Assembly (NCBI RefSeq): GCF_964204645.1
Contig: NC_134029.1
Location: forward strand, 20,826,950 to 20,890,949
Length of the DNA: 64,000 bases
Direction: 5' to 3'
DNA from: Tubulanus polymorphus
Taxonomy: Eukaryota > Animalia > Nemertea
Of the stretch, positions 52,501 through 61,300 are shown in pieces. Each line of letters opens with the position of its first letter. Positions within the stretch are counted from its first letter, which is position 1. The notes beneath the pieces were generated by a model. That model searched no databases, was not told where the DNA came from, and saw nothing but the letters and a program-made list of their open reading frames with translations. The position numbers and the translations under genes are program-made.

Positions 52501-55500
52501 CGGTAAAAAACTGACAGGGATCGATATCTTTTCATCAATCCACACGTTATTTTCATCAATTTCCAGAAATCTAATACCCAGGCTATCGGTTAATCGATAT
52601 AGATTTCAACAGGTCTGAAACCAATGCATGCTACAGTCTATTTATTTTTGTTTTGGATTGATTTTTTGTTGGGGATATTTCACCTTAACTTTTGAATATA
52701 TACCTCAATTTGGTCTTAACACGACCAGTGAAACTTTCACCGAGAACATTAGCGCTAGTGGTATTTCGCTCAATCGTGACCCTTGGTTCGTGCGAGCTCT
52801 CAGTACATGCAGTATACGGAGTGCCGCGAACCGGCCACTTCCAGGACTGGGTGATATGAAACTGTGCTGTCTGAATAAACCATCGTTTTTATATCTATTT
52901 TACACTGTATAGAAGGATCCCAGACAAAAAATAGACTTAATTGGTATGATAATGTTTATTGTACTGATATTTCGATTTTTCAGGATCCAAACAGTCCCGA
53001 AAACTTGCGAAGACAAAGCGTTTGCAAAAATGCTCCTAATCATCTCGGGCCAGTGAGTATTGTGCAATAATTCCATCAAACATCACCAGATGGCGCCAGC
53101 TCTTGGGAGGCAATAGCTCTAAGCTGGCATCAATGCGGCGTCTCTGACTTGGCTGGTGTGTAAGAGTTAAAGAAATTTTCTAAGATATTAATCAATTTAC
53201 AGGCTGGCGATGGCGATGTTGAGAACCCTGCTGAACTGTTAGGTAGACGAAGTAGTGATTTCTTTGCTGCCAGTGATTTGGCTTTGAATGAACCGAGCGA
53301 TCAAAAAGGTTTGTAAATCCGGCGATACTCGCGGTATTGAAAAAGCTCTACATGCTATGTAATTAACACGTGTACGTGTACGTGAATGTCTTTTCGTGTA
53401 TTCATTTCACATCATTTCGTTTACAGGCAGTGAATATCTTAAAAAGGGTTACATAACGAAAGGTAACTGATACGCGGTTATGTGTGATAGGTTTTTTTTC
53501 TTCCTTACCTCTTTAGACGGGCGTTGATTTACTCGATTAGTCCGCGGTAAATGAATGCCGGTATTCAGGGGTGAATTTTGCAATTATTTCTTTTCTTCGT
53601 GCGGATGTTTTCCGGCTTAAACTCTCTCGTAAGCGGAGAGTGAAAGCAGCTACACACACGCGTAGCTTGAAGTCCATTTCGACCAAGTTCTACGCGAAGT
53701 TATTTTCTGGCATTTAGCAATCGATTTTAAAGCAGTACACTCCACTTACTCAGTTTAATTTGGATCTGGGAAACTGGGTTAAAAGTGAGAATATAGAAAC
53801 GTTGAAATTTATTCATAGAAACCTGAGGAGTTTGATATTTCACTCCTTTATAATGGTTTTTAGATAAAAACCCTATAAACTAATTTTAATGTTTCTATAT
53901 TTTATGTGATTGTGGGACTCATATTAAACTCTTCATTCGCGACTCATTGCGAAGTTTCACCGCGTCAAAAACTGGGATATGTGATGACAATTCCTAGTTC
54001 AAGTACCCGGTAATGATTTCGCCATTGCCTTAATTCATAGTGAGTGAGTAGAAGTTTACTGTATAAGATAAGTGACTGAGTAAGTGCGGAGTTGTCTGTT
54101 ATTATAAGTGGAACTTGGTCCATGAAATTAGAACGTTTTAGATGCGATGACAACCTGCAATTTGATGAGCTCTAATTGTTAGTTAACACACACACACACA
54201 AATATACACAACGAATGCACATATCATCGGAGAGATCATAGATTGTAGCTGAATTGCTATAATCCGTAATCGTTTGTTTGTGAAAAAGAGTGAGATTTGT
54301 TTTAAATAGATAATGAACACACTTAACGATTACCGGTAGTTCACATTTTTGTTTCAGGTAATGTGGACATAAAATTCGTAAATGAATTTTTGACATAATC
54401 TATCACCAACTGATAGTGAATAGTTCCCAGTATTCATCGACGAGATTATATATTCACTTTTTTGTCATTAAATTCTTCTATCCTTTCATCTTTCTAAAGC
54501 TTAACACTTAGTCGATGAAATCCTCAGCCTAGTTTTTGTTTTCATAACTATTGTCCGATTTCATAACCATCGTTGATTGATTCTTTTGGTGGAAGGAATG
54601 TTGTTACTTATTTGCTAATGTTTTTTCCTCACAGGCTCTCTTCTTCAAAATACAGTATTTGATCGATTATTTCAACGGATAAATTTTCTTAATTTCAGTT
54701 TTGAATTCGAGGTGTGAATGTTTTAATTACTTTTTTTTAAAGTTTATTATAAAATTAGTTTCTTGCATTGTTTTTGTTATCATTACGCAAAATATAAAAG
54801 TTTCCATAATTCAGATACGAGCGACTATGCTTATATCATATCAGCCAGGATTGGCAATACCAATACGATATAGTTGTAAAGTACTGGCGTATATCATAGA
54901 AGAAATTTATTTGGCACAAATGAAATACATGTATATGTTTCTATGATATAGGCAACAATGATATAAGTGTAGTCAAATCAATCATGTGTGGTTGGAACTT
55001 ATGAACAAGATAAAGGGTCAAAATTATTTCTTCATACATTTCTTGTCGTCTGAAATAACTGAAAATGAACCAATCTTCGCCGATTTTCAGATGATATTTC
55101 AAAACATTTTTGTGAACCCAAAGTGAATGAAACATTTTGACGAGGTCTGCTATAACGCTTTCAACTTTATGCTGAGAAAGTAATAAGTTTTTCGAAATTC
55201 ATCTGACGATTATGAGTTGTTTCTATTCACCTAGATAAAACTAGAGACCTGTGGACAGTTGCTCAAAGCCTGCTGATAGATACCATAGTAAAAATAAACT
55301 TGTCGTTATGTCAACTATCCACTCATTTACTCTAACCAACTTTTGAGCAACTGGCTCCAGATGAAGCAGTCTTCTTGTTTCTAAAAAGTAGATATGCATG
55401 TTTTAACCTGACTTTTTTCAATTTTGTAGAAGAGCAAGTGAACGGTGAAGTAATGCTTCCGATGAACGAAGCGTTGCGTAAAGCGCATAAACTCAGAGAA

Positions 55501-57078
55501 CAGTCGGACATGCAGGTCGCGCAATGCATCCAGGAAGATATGGGCAACAAAGATTACTTCTATAAACCCCCGATCAACCAATGCACGCTGAACTTCGTCG
55601 TCGATATGTTGGAATCAGAATATCGCGAGCATTACCTCGAAGACGAACAGACGATTCGGATGTTCGCGGCTCCGCGATTCAGCGCGATGATGGATATGAT
55701 CGTGTCGTTGTTGATTCTAATACTCATTTCGATCTGCTGTTTTATCGAATTCGAAATTCGAACGCCGTGGATCGTGATATTCGTGATCGCGATCGTCGTC
55801 GAGGTGTTCATGGTCGTGCCGCTCGTTTTGCACGTGTTCAAACCGGAGCGTATCCGCGTCGACAGCGGACTCGGACGATTCTTCATCGGCTGGTATCCGC
55901 GTCACATCACCGGCGCCGTGATCATCATGTTACCGACGATCGCCGTTTACGCCAACTTCTCGTGTAACATGTTCTCTATGATAACTCAAACTGATATATA
56001 CTTCGCGTATTTGATCATCGTTTCGCTGCTACATTACTGTAATTTCAGTATATACAGTTCGTGGATGAAGTCTAGTTTGGCTACGGTCGTCGGGCTGATT
56101 CTGGTTTGTTTGATCCTGATTGGTGCTTGTAAGTATAATACGGTGACGCCGCCTAACGACGGAAGTAACATTACCGTTTACGCGGAAGCGTCCTATCTGT
56201 TGAATGCCACGGTGAATTCGACGATGGCCGGTCTTTACTCCGGTAAGAATACCGACCGCTACGAGGTGATTCTCGACATGATTTTGATTCTTTTGCTCGT
56301 CTGGTTCTTGAACCGCGAATTCGAGATCAGCCATCGTCTGGGTTTCCACGGCGACGTTCAGGCGGCCGTCGACCGCGAGAAGATGGAGAACGAAAAGAAC
56401 GAAGCCGATTGGCTACTACACAACATCATCCCCGACTACATTTCCGACCAGTTGAAGGAGACGTCGAAATATTCGCGTAACCACAAAGACGTCGGCGTGA
56501 TATTCGCGAGTATCTGTAATTTCGACGAGATGTACGACGAATCGTTCGAAGGAGGAATCGAATATCTACGCGTACTTAATGAACTGGTCGCCGACTTCGA
56601 AGATCTTCTGACGATGTCAAAGTATAAGGACGTCGAAAAAATCAAAACGATCAGTAGCTGTTTCATGGGCGCGTGCGGTTTGAATCCGGCGCTGCGCAGT
56701 CAGAACAAACAACCTCTCGCTCACTTGTATAATCTGATGGACTTTTGTATAGATATGCACAAAGCTTTAGATCGGTTTAACGAGAGTATCTTTAATTTCG
56801 ATTTCATCATGAAAATCGGGTTCAATTACGGCGAAGTAACGGCTGGCGTAATCGGCACGACGAAATTACTGTACGATATTTGGGGCGACACGGTGAATAT
56901 AGCTAGTCGTATGTACAGCACCGGCGAAGGAGGACGCGTCCAGGTGACCGCTCAGACGGCTGAAACTCTCGGCGATATGTTCGAGTTCGAGTATCGCGGC
57001 ACAACGATCGTCAAGGGCAAGGGAAATATGGAAACTTATCTATTAGTGAAGAAACGTGACGGCGCCTCATGGGAGTAA
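16456..57078 (+). CDS. ADCY9: Transmembrane adenylate cyclase type 9 orthologue (~1167 aa)
   Basis: Exons 16456-17953, 52118-52201, 52402-52463, 52984-53052, 53203-53308, 53427-53462 (possibly optional), 55430-57078 join in frame. AC9-specific [18 protein letters not shown]...FPQTRRRF N-terminus, 6 TM, C1a ([40 protein letters not shown]), second TM block, C2a ([39 protein letters not shown]). 5' UTR intron 16157-16390. Confidence 0.95.
18061..18307. mobile_element. hAT-like MITE family with CAGGGGCGGATC-type ends (related copies near 3580-3782, 43246-43389, 51734-51982)
   Basis: CAGGACCGGATCC ... GATCGGCCCCTG; 43246-43389 is an inverted partial homologue of 51734-51982 (CAGGGGCGGATTC.GAGG.CAATTTTGAAG). 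Confidence 0.6.
19203..19692. mobile_element. Degenerate DNA-transposon derivative with nested ~95-bp palindromic element (19390-19485)
   Basis: Ends CTGGGTGCCCA / TTGGCACCCCA with internal CAGGGAA repeats; nested unit is homologous to 49391-49499. Confidence 0.45.
20087..20335. mobile_element. hAT-like MITE (CAGGGTTGCC ... GGCCATCCTG); related relic at about 63490-63752
   Basis: Imperfect terminal inverted repeats and internal GTCGGGG/GTCAGGGA repeats. Confidence 0.5.
22321..22672. mobile_element. MITE family with AGAGCTGCCAAC termini (second copy 32143-32329)
   Basis: Shared TAGA(A/G)CTGCCAACTGTTC...TTTCAGTATTT(T)GTTACTATTTTAT start and CTGATAGC(A/G)CTTT...TTGGCAGC end; 32143-32329 has a perfect 12-bp TIR. 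Confidence 0.7.
26474..26619. mobile_element. Tc1/mariner (Tigger-like) MITE abutting a (TA)n array
   Basis: TA|CAGTAAACCTTGCC ... GGCGAGGTTTACCG inverted ends. Confidence 0.6.
26622..26691. repeat. (TA)n microsatellite
   Basis: About 35 TA units, one TG interruption. Confidence 0.95.
27367..27545. mobile_element. Degenerate Harbinger-like MITE with ATTTGGCC subrepeats (relatives near 24105-24150, 24424-24560, 27660-27730)
   Basis: TAGCCGTGATC ... GATCGTGGCTTA ends; recurring ATTTGGCC/GGCCAAAT and CGCGTGATCGTGG motifs. Confidence 0.45.
28460..28852 (+). mobile_element. ~390-bp interspersed repeat with subterminal inverted repeats (HINE/Helentron-like); inverted copy at 57797-58187
   Basis: AGTTATGAGGTCATCTTCAA.GTCATGTCGCTGAAA...GTGCCTAGTTCTGCCAC.AGGTGG matches the reverse complement of 57948-58021; GGTTCTCGG / CC(A/G)AGAACC near both ends; GACA-type simple repeat near the 3' end. 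Confidence 0.75.
29250..29442. mobile_element. MITE with GAAAC/GTTTC subterminal repeats (second copy 41654-41824)
   Basis: Both copies have left GAAAC arrays, central GTGTCGTGTGCAT and right TGTTTCC arrays. Confidence 0.6.
30780..31022. mobile_element. Two divergently oriented, truncated tRNA-derived SINE heads
   Basis: Minus: TGGCTGAGTG A-box, GGTTTGAATCC B-box (30801-30811), then CAGGAGAGGATG. Plus: GTCTAGTG, GGTTCGAAACC (30994-31004), then CAGGGGAGGATG. Confidence 0.5.
31074..31119 (-). ncRNA. Candidate minimal type I hammerhead ribozyme motif (possibly inactive)
   Basis: Minus strand TTCT-CTGATGA-AGC-TAA-GTT-GAAAC-TTCGAAAAT-GTC-GGAA-TAAA: core CUGAUGA/GAAA/GUC, stem I TTCT:GGAA, followed by AATAAA. 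Confidence 0.45.
33981..34337. mobile_element. hAT-like MITE
   Basis: CAGGGTTCTT(CTT)ACGGG ... CCCGTAAGAACCCTG; flanks TGTAGATT / TGGTAGATT resemble an 8-bp TSD; internal TATGGAAA repeats. Confidence 0.65.
35375..36425. repeat. Minisatellite, 39-bp unit GATACATTCTGTAGACATAAATGCCTCTTGAATGACTGT (~20 copies) with shorter degenerate flanking units
   Basis: Direct reading; 13-residue periodicity in the overlapping ORFs. Confidence 0.97.
40445..40660 (-). mobile_element. tRNA-derived SINE
   Basis: Minus strand GTTAGCTCAGTTGGTTGAGTG (A box/D arm), AGTTCGAAACC (B box), body, 3' tail GGGACGTAAAAC; anticodon and acceptor stems do not pair, so not a tRNA gene. Confidence 0.7.
41122..41354. repeat. (TA)n arrays with a perfect 49-bp inverted repeat forming a ~185-bp palindrome
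   Basis: 41170-41218 is the exact reverse complement of 41306-41354; spacer is (TA)n; another (TA)n lies at 41122-41170. Confidence 0.95.
43686..43900 (-). pseudogene. Possible decayed non-LTR retrotransposon (Rex/Babar-like) RT C-terminal fragment
   Basis: Peptide RDRSCL..IKTA...LPEL...[17 protein letters not shown] resembles from memory the DRKAL.RVIKTA..LP.L..R....A..I..DP.HP tail of such elements; weak. Confidence 0.25.
44068..44250. repeat. Short array of the 20-bp CAATAGTTGGTACTCATGTC satellite
   Basis: Degenerate copies of the unit found at 45248-45812. Confidence 0.85.
45248..45812. repeat. 20-bp satellite organised as a 162-bp higher-order repeat (~3 copies)
   Basis: TATTTAGTACTCATGTCCATTAGC recurs at 45341, 45503, 45665; unit made of 20-mers and 11-mers. 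Confidence 0.92.
47478..47816. repeat. ~340-bp polypyrimidine/polypurine low-complexity tract
   Basis: Almost only C/T on plus, with CTCCCCTACTCTC-like units. Confidence 0.95.
49391..49499. mobile_element. ~110-bp palindromic miniature element (homologue 19390-19485)
   Basis: GAGCCGGTTT..GGTATTACCTTTAACCC..AATTCATTTTCAATT..GGGTTAAAGGTAATACC..AAACCGGCTC. Confidence 0.75.
49540..49583. repeat. (AG)n microsatellite
   Basis: About 22 AG units. Confidence 0.95.
50810..51090. repeat. Diverged 150-bp tandem duplication, each unit with a CTCF-like motif
   Basis: GTGTCCAGCAGT...GTCGCC(G/A)TCTACTGGTCATGT.CTAATTACCCGAAATAGATT at 50832 and 50982. Confidence 0.85.
51477..51710. mobile_element. Inverted-repeat element (MITE-like)
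   Basis: TCGAACTTCGGTTATCGCGGTTAGTCGAC pairs imperfectly with GTCGACTAACTGTGATAATGAAGTTCGA. Confidence 0.55.
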
Positions 57079-57796
57079 AGACTAGTAGTTATTGATTAGA
57101 TATGTAGTATGTTATATCTCGAGATAATTTTATTCACAGTCGATGTCTAATGTACTTAAAAGTAGATCAGAAACAAAGTAAAATTATTATTTTTTCACGT
57201 TATCTGTGTCTGCCTGTACGATATAATGAGATGTAATTTTCTTAACCTTTTGATTTGTTATGCTTCTTAAAAAAATGCCCCATTTTATTGAGTAGTTGAA
57301 TGTAGTGAGTGATATTGTAGATATGCTTAGATGTGCTCTGAATGCTGTATTTACTGTGATCAGATCCCCTACCTCTAGTAACACTATGAGATCTTGTTAT
57401 AGAAAAAAAAAACGTACAATAACCTCAGACTTCCAAGTGCTGTATAATACTCTAATGATTTAGAACATTCTTCCAAATGTATCTGTTGCCCATATAGCTG
57501 ATTAATGTATATAAACATGTATACAGCTGGTTTACATACAAAAGAAAACAGGTATTTTCATTTACTGGGAAAAGAATTGATTTTACGGTATATAGAGCTC
57601 TTCATTATCCTTCACCCAGTTGTGGAAAGTGGTGGTTGTAGTAGTCTACAATGCTAGTCTAACCAACCACCCAGATATTTCACTCAAATTTCCGTTACTT
57701 TTGCCAACCAGCAATCGCTTGGCTTTTTTTCCCTGTTGAAACGACGATATCTCGGGTTATAGCAACCAATTTTGATGAATAAACTATCTATATTTA

Positions 57797-58187
57797 CCTT
57801 ATTGGTTCTCGGGCTTCCGTTACAGGATTTTTGTACTGTCCGTCTTTCAGCGACTTAGCCTTTAATAGTTGGCCGATCATGAGGAAACTTGGGTTCAATG
57901 TTAGTATGCGGGTATAGTCATGCAGTGCAAAGAATGGGTCCATTGTGCCACCTGGTGGCAGAACTAGGCACTGAAAAGTTGTGTTTCAGCGACATGACCT
58001 TGAAGATGACCTCATAACTAAGGAACAGGGTCGAAGTGCTGTCTTTAGCTATTGGCACTAGATACAACATATCCAAAATACTATGGGAACTAACGTATGG
58101 TAATTTCAGAGTTCAAAAAGTTGTCCTCATGCATAATGACGACAGATTCGAGTCTGAGCCTGAGAACCGTTGTCACCTGTGGCTTTT
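57797..58187 (-). mobile_element. Inverted copy of the 28460-28852 repeat, in the presumed ADCY9 3' UTR
   Basis: Reverse-complement similarity along the whole length. Confidence 0.75.
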
Positions 58188-60098
58188 GATGTTTTTGGTC
58201 TTTTAATTACCTATATTTGATTGGAGGATAACATTTTTACAGATGTTTATGAATAAATTTGATTTAAAATAATGACTTTTTGCTGACGAACTACAGTGTT
58301 TCAATGCCTAGTATCAAAATGTAGAATGAAGTTATTTTTTGTTATTAATGAATTAATATTGCATCATATTTGAACTATGATCAAGTCACCTGAATAAACT
58401 TGAAAAGAAGAATGTATGTTATATCTGATGTTTGTGACACTAGTTTGTTTTGTTCAAAATTGGTGCAGCAAAACTAGATTTCTGGTGGTTTAAAGTGACG
58501 GCGATGTGGAAATTGCTGAAATTGTCTTAGCATCTGTAGTACACTGACGAAGGTTCTTTGTAAACATTCCCCATATCCCCTATTATTTTGTCGATAAAAG
58601 TCAGAAAAAGATGGTGGTAGCTGAGCTTGCAAGGCTCACAGAAGCTATCAGCTGAGGTAAAAGTTTTTGTGGCAATTTTTACTGGAAAATGTATCTATTG
58701 CTTCAAGTAATTTTTGATCAAAATTTTTATTTGTGATATCTAGCCTCTGTGCTTGCATGTTATGTTTTAACTCTTCAGGTAGTGTTTTTGACCACTATTT
58801 TTCCAATGTTAAAGATGAAATCATCGGTGAACAACTGAATAGGTGTTCCTTAGGCAAATCTATATGTAGTAAAACCCACAATATAATGAAAAAAACTGGA
58901 TAAAAATTTGATGTTTCAGCCCATTTCTATGGGCCATTTTCAAAAACTGTTTTATTGTGCAGTTACGACAATATATTTTGGCGGTAGAAACCTATGTTGG
59001 AGTTAATTTCTAAAATGATAGTCCTTTAAAATGCCACCATTAGGACCGATGAAAAACCTGGCGTTATGACAAATTTGACGTTATACGGTATAAAGAATGA
59101 CATTGTTCATAGAATTTTGAGTTGGATTGGGCAAACTTGTTCTCTAAAAAATGTGGGCCTTTTCTGAAAAAAGTGAGCAGTCTCATTAAAAAAACGATGG
59201 CATTATAACGAACTTTGACGGTAAATCAAATGTCAAATTCTCATCTAGTTTTTTTCAAGTGTGGGCTTTTATCTCATTGATACAAGGCAGTCATTTGTCT
59301 ATGGAAACTGAATCTGTATTTGTGTGTATCAGTGATAAAGAGGCAAGGGCTTTAATATTCGTAACTCTTCCAGTAAAGTTTGTGTAAATGGAAACAACAT
59401 AAGTTAACATCAATCCGTTATCTATATATTTGTATACAACCCGTGAATTCATGTTAAAATTTTATAAATATTTTATTTTTAGATTTTAATTAATTTATAT
59501 ATGAATATATCTTATGGATATACGATTGAAAACTGTTCTTGTTAGCTAGGTAAAAGTGTAGAGAAACATTTCTTCTAGTAGTCATTACGTCTGGACTGTG
59601 CGTATGTCTAGAAGATGATAAAATGGTGTTGTTACTGTATTCAGCGTATTCTTACACATCAATAATCAACCATCGGGATATAAATATATACATGTATAAG
59701 CTTACAGATATTCAATGTGAAATTTAGATTATTTCTGGAATTGTTCTTACAATGTAAATATTATAGCAATTTTGGCATATTGTAAGATGTTAGGATAAGA
59801 TTTTAATCTAATCATCCTCATCATGTATTGTGAGAATTTGCAAGATGGATGGCTAATTTATCTTATTTTAAGAACGAATTAATTCTAGAACTGTATCTCT
59901 ATTTTTATATATGACATTCTGTCAGTGACGTGGTCATCAACCCAACGTGTCTGGCAATTATATATATCTGTAAATGTATGTTTCAAAAGATGGCTGTTGA
60001 TTGAATAAGAGGATTGAACTTTTTTCCACAGTACTTGGCAATGCTGTTTGTTCATTATGTTACAAAACCATGTTATTATATATGATCTATTATATTGA

Positions 60099-60206
60099 AA
60101 TAAATATTTACCAGCCCATTAATAGAGGCAATTGCTTTAGATGAGCCTATTATTGTGTTAATTCACTTTTTGCCATAGATTTTAAATAAAAGTTTTTTTC
60201 AATAAA
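60099..60206 (+). terminator. Cluster of polyadenylation signals, likely distal ADCY9 3' end
   Basis: AATAAA at about 60099, 60185 and 60201 after ~3 kb of AU-rich, CpG-poor sequence and before the CBP promoter; earlier AATAAA also exist (e.g. 58252, 58393). Confidence 0.4.
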
Positions 60207-60689
60207 TCTAGAGCTATCAGTTTCACGGGGATGAACAATTTTTTGATAATGATCATCCAAATTTAAATTGTGTAGTTAGGTTGTTTAGTTAATTAATGAT
60301 TTTGGGTCCTGTAACTTTTTTATGTAAGTAAGATGAATTTCTTGACTGCGATTAGGTTGATATTATTGTTTTGTCATCTAAAATAATGATAATAAAAAGA
60401 AATTCAATTGAAAAATGTGTTGTTTGTTCCTTTTTTTTGTTGTGGTGGTGATGGATTTTAAGTGGTTTATCACGTTTTGGCTCGAATTATTCGAATATGA
60501 AGTGGTATTCCATTTTTACTGATATGTCAAAAAAAGCTAATCGCAAAAAAATGAGGAAAAACGATGGACATGTTTTTGCCGTGGCCATCAGCAATGCAGC
60601 CTCTCTACGGCGCAGTGCCCGAGATGCGCGCTAGCAAGGTCGATCGCCGAGTATTTAATTAATTTCTCATTCGGTATCATTCGGCTATT

Positions 60690-60880
60690 CTCGGAAACTG
60701 TACCACGTGACCGTCAAATTGGTGTTTCGACCAATGGAAACACGTCGCGCGGTCACGTGATGCAGTCTCCGCCGTGAATAATTAGATTCCGACGACGCCG
60801 ATGATCGTTCGGGAATGTTCGGCATTTTGTATGACAAGCATAAAACTTTTCATCAACAGCCGCCATTTTGGGCAAATTGG
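60690..60880 (+). promoter_or_regulatory. Putative CBP promoter
   Basis: CpG-rich island; CACGTGAC (60704) and GGTCACGTGA (60751) E-boxes flanking CCAAT (60731); YY1-type GCCGCCATTTTG (60859-60870); candidate 5' UTR intron about 61009-61167. Confidence 0.6.
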
Positions 60881-61300
60881 ACCCTGAACATTTGCGATTT
60901 TACGCGTAAAATGTTCGCCAAGCGGCCGTCATGGGCGGCGTTTTACCCGCGAAGTGGATAGTTGATGTTACGGCGAAGGATCTTATCACTTGTCCTTTGT
61001 GCTTAAAGGTAAAATAGCGAGATAATCGCCGCGTTTCCGACAGAATCGTTACGGCTTTGTGCTAAAATTCGGAGTAAATTTCGTGCGAATTTGTCAACGA
61101 TCGAGATGGACCATTTTAGACTTTTCGTTCGTCAAGATCGTCCGCGTAAATGTAGTATTCATTTCAGATTTTGTTATGCGCGGCACGAAGGCGAGCTTTG
61201 ACCGACGAGAAGCTTCCGATTGTTTAATTATTAATCGTAAATTTTAAGAAGGAAACCCCGAAGAATCCAGCATCTACTTATTAAATACATACAGTACAAC

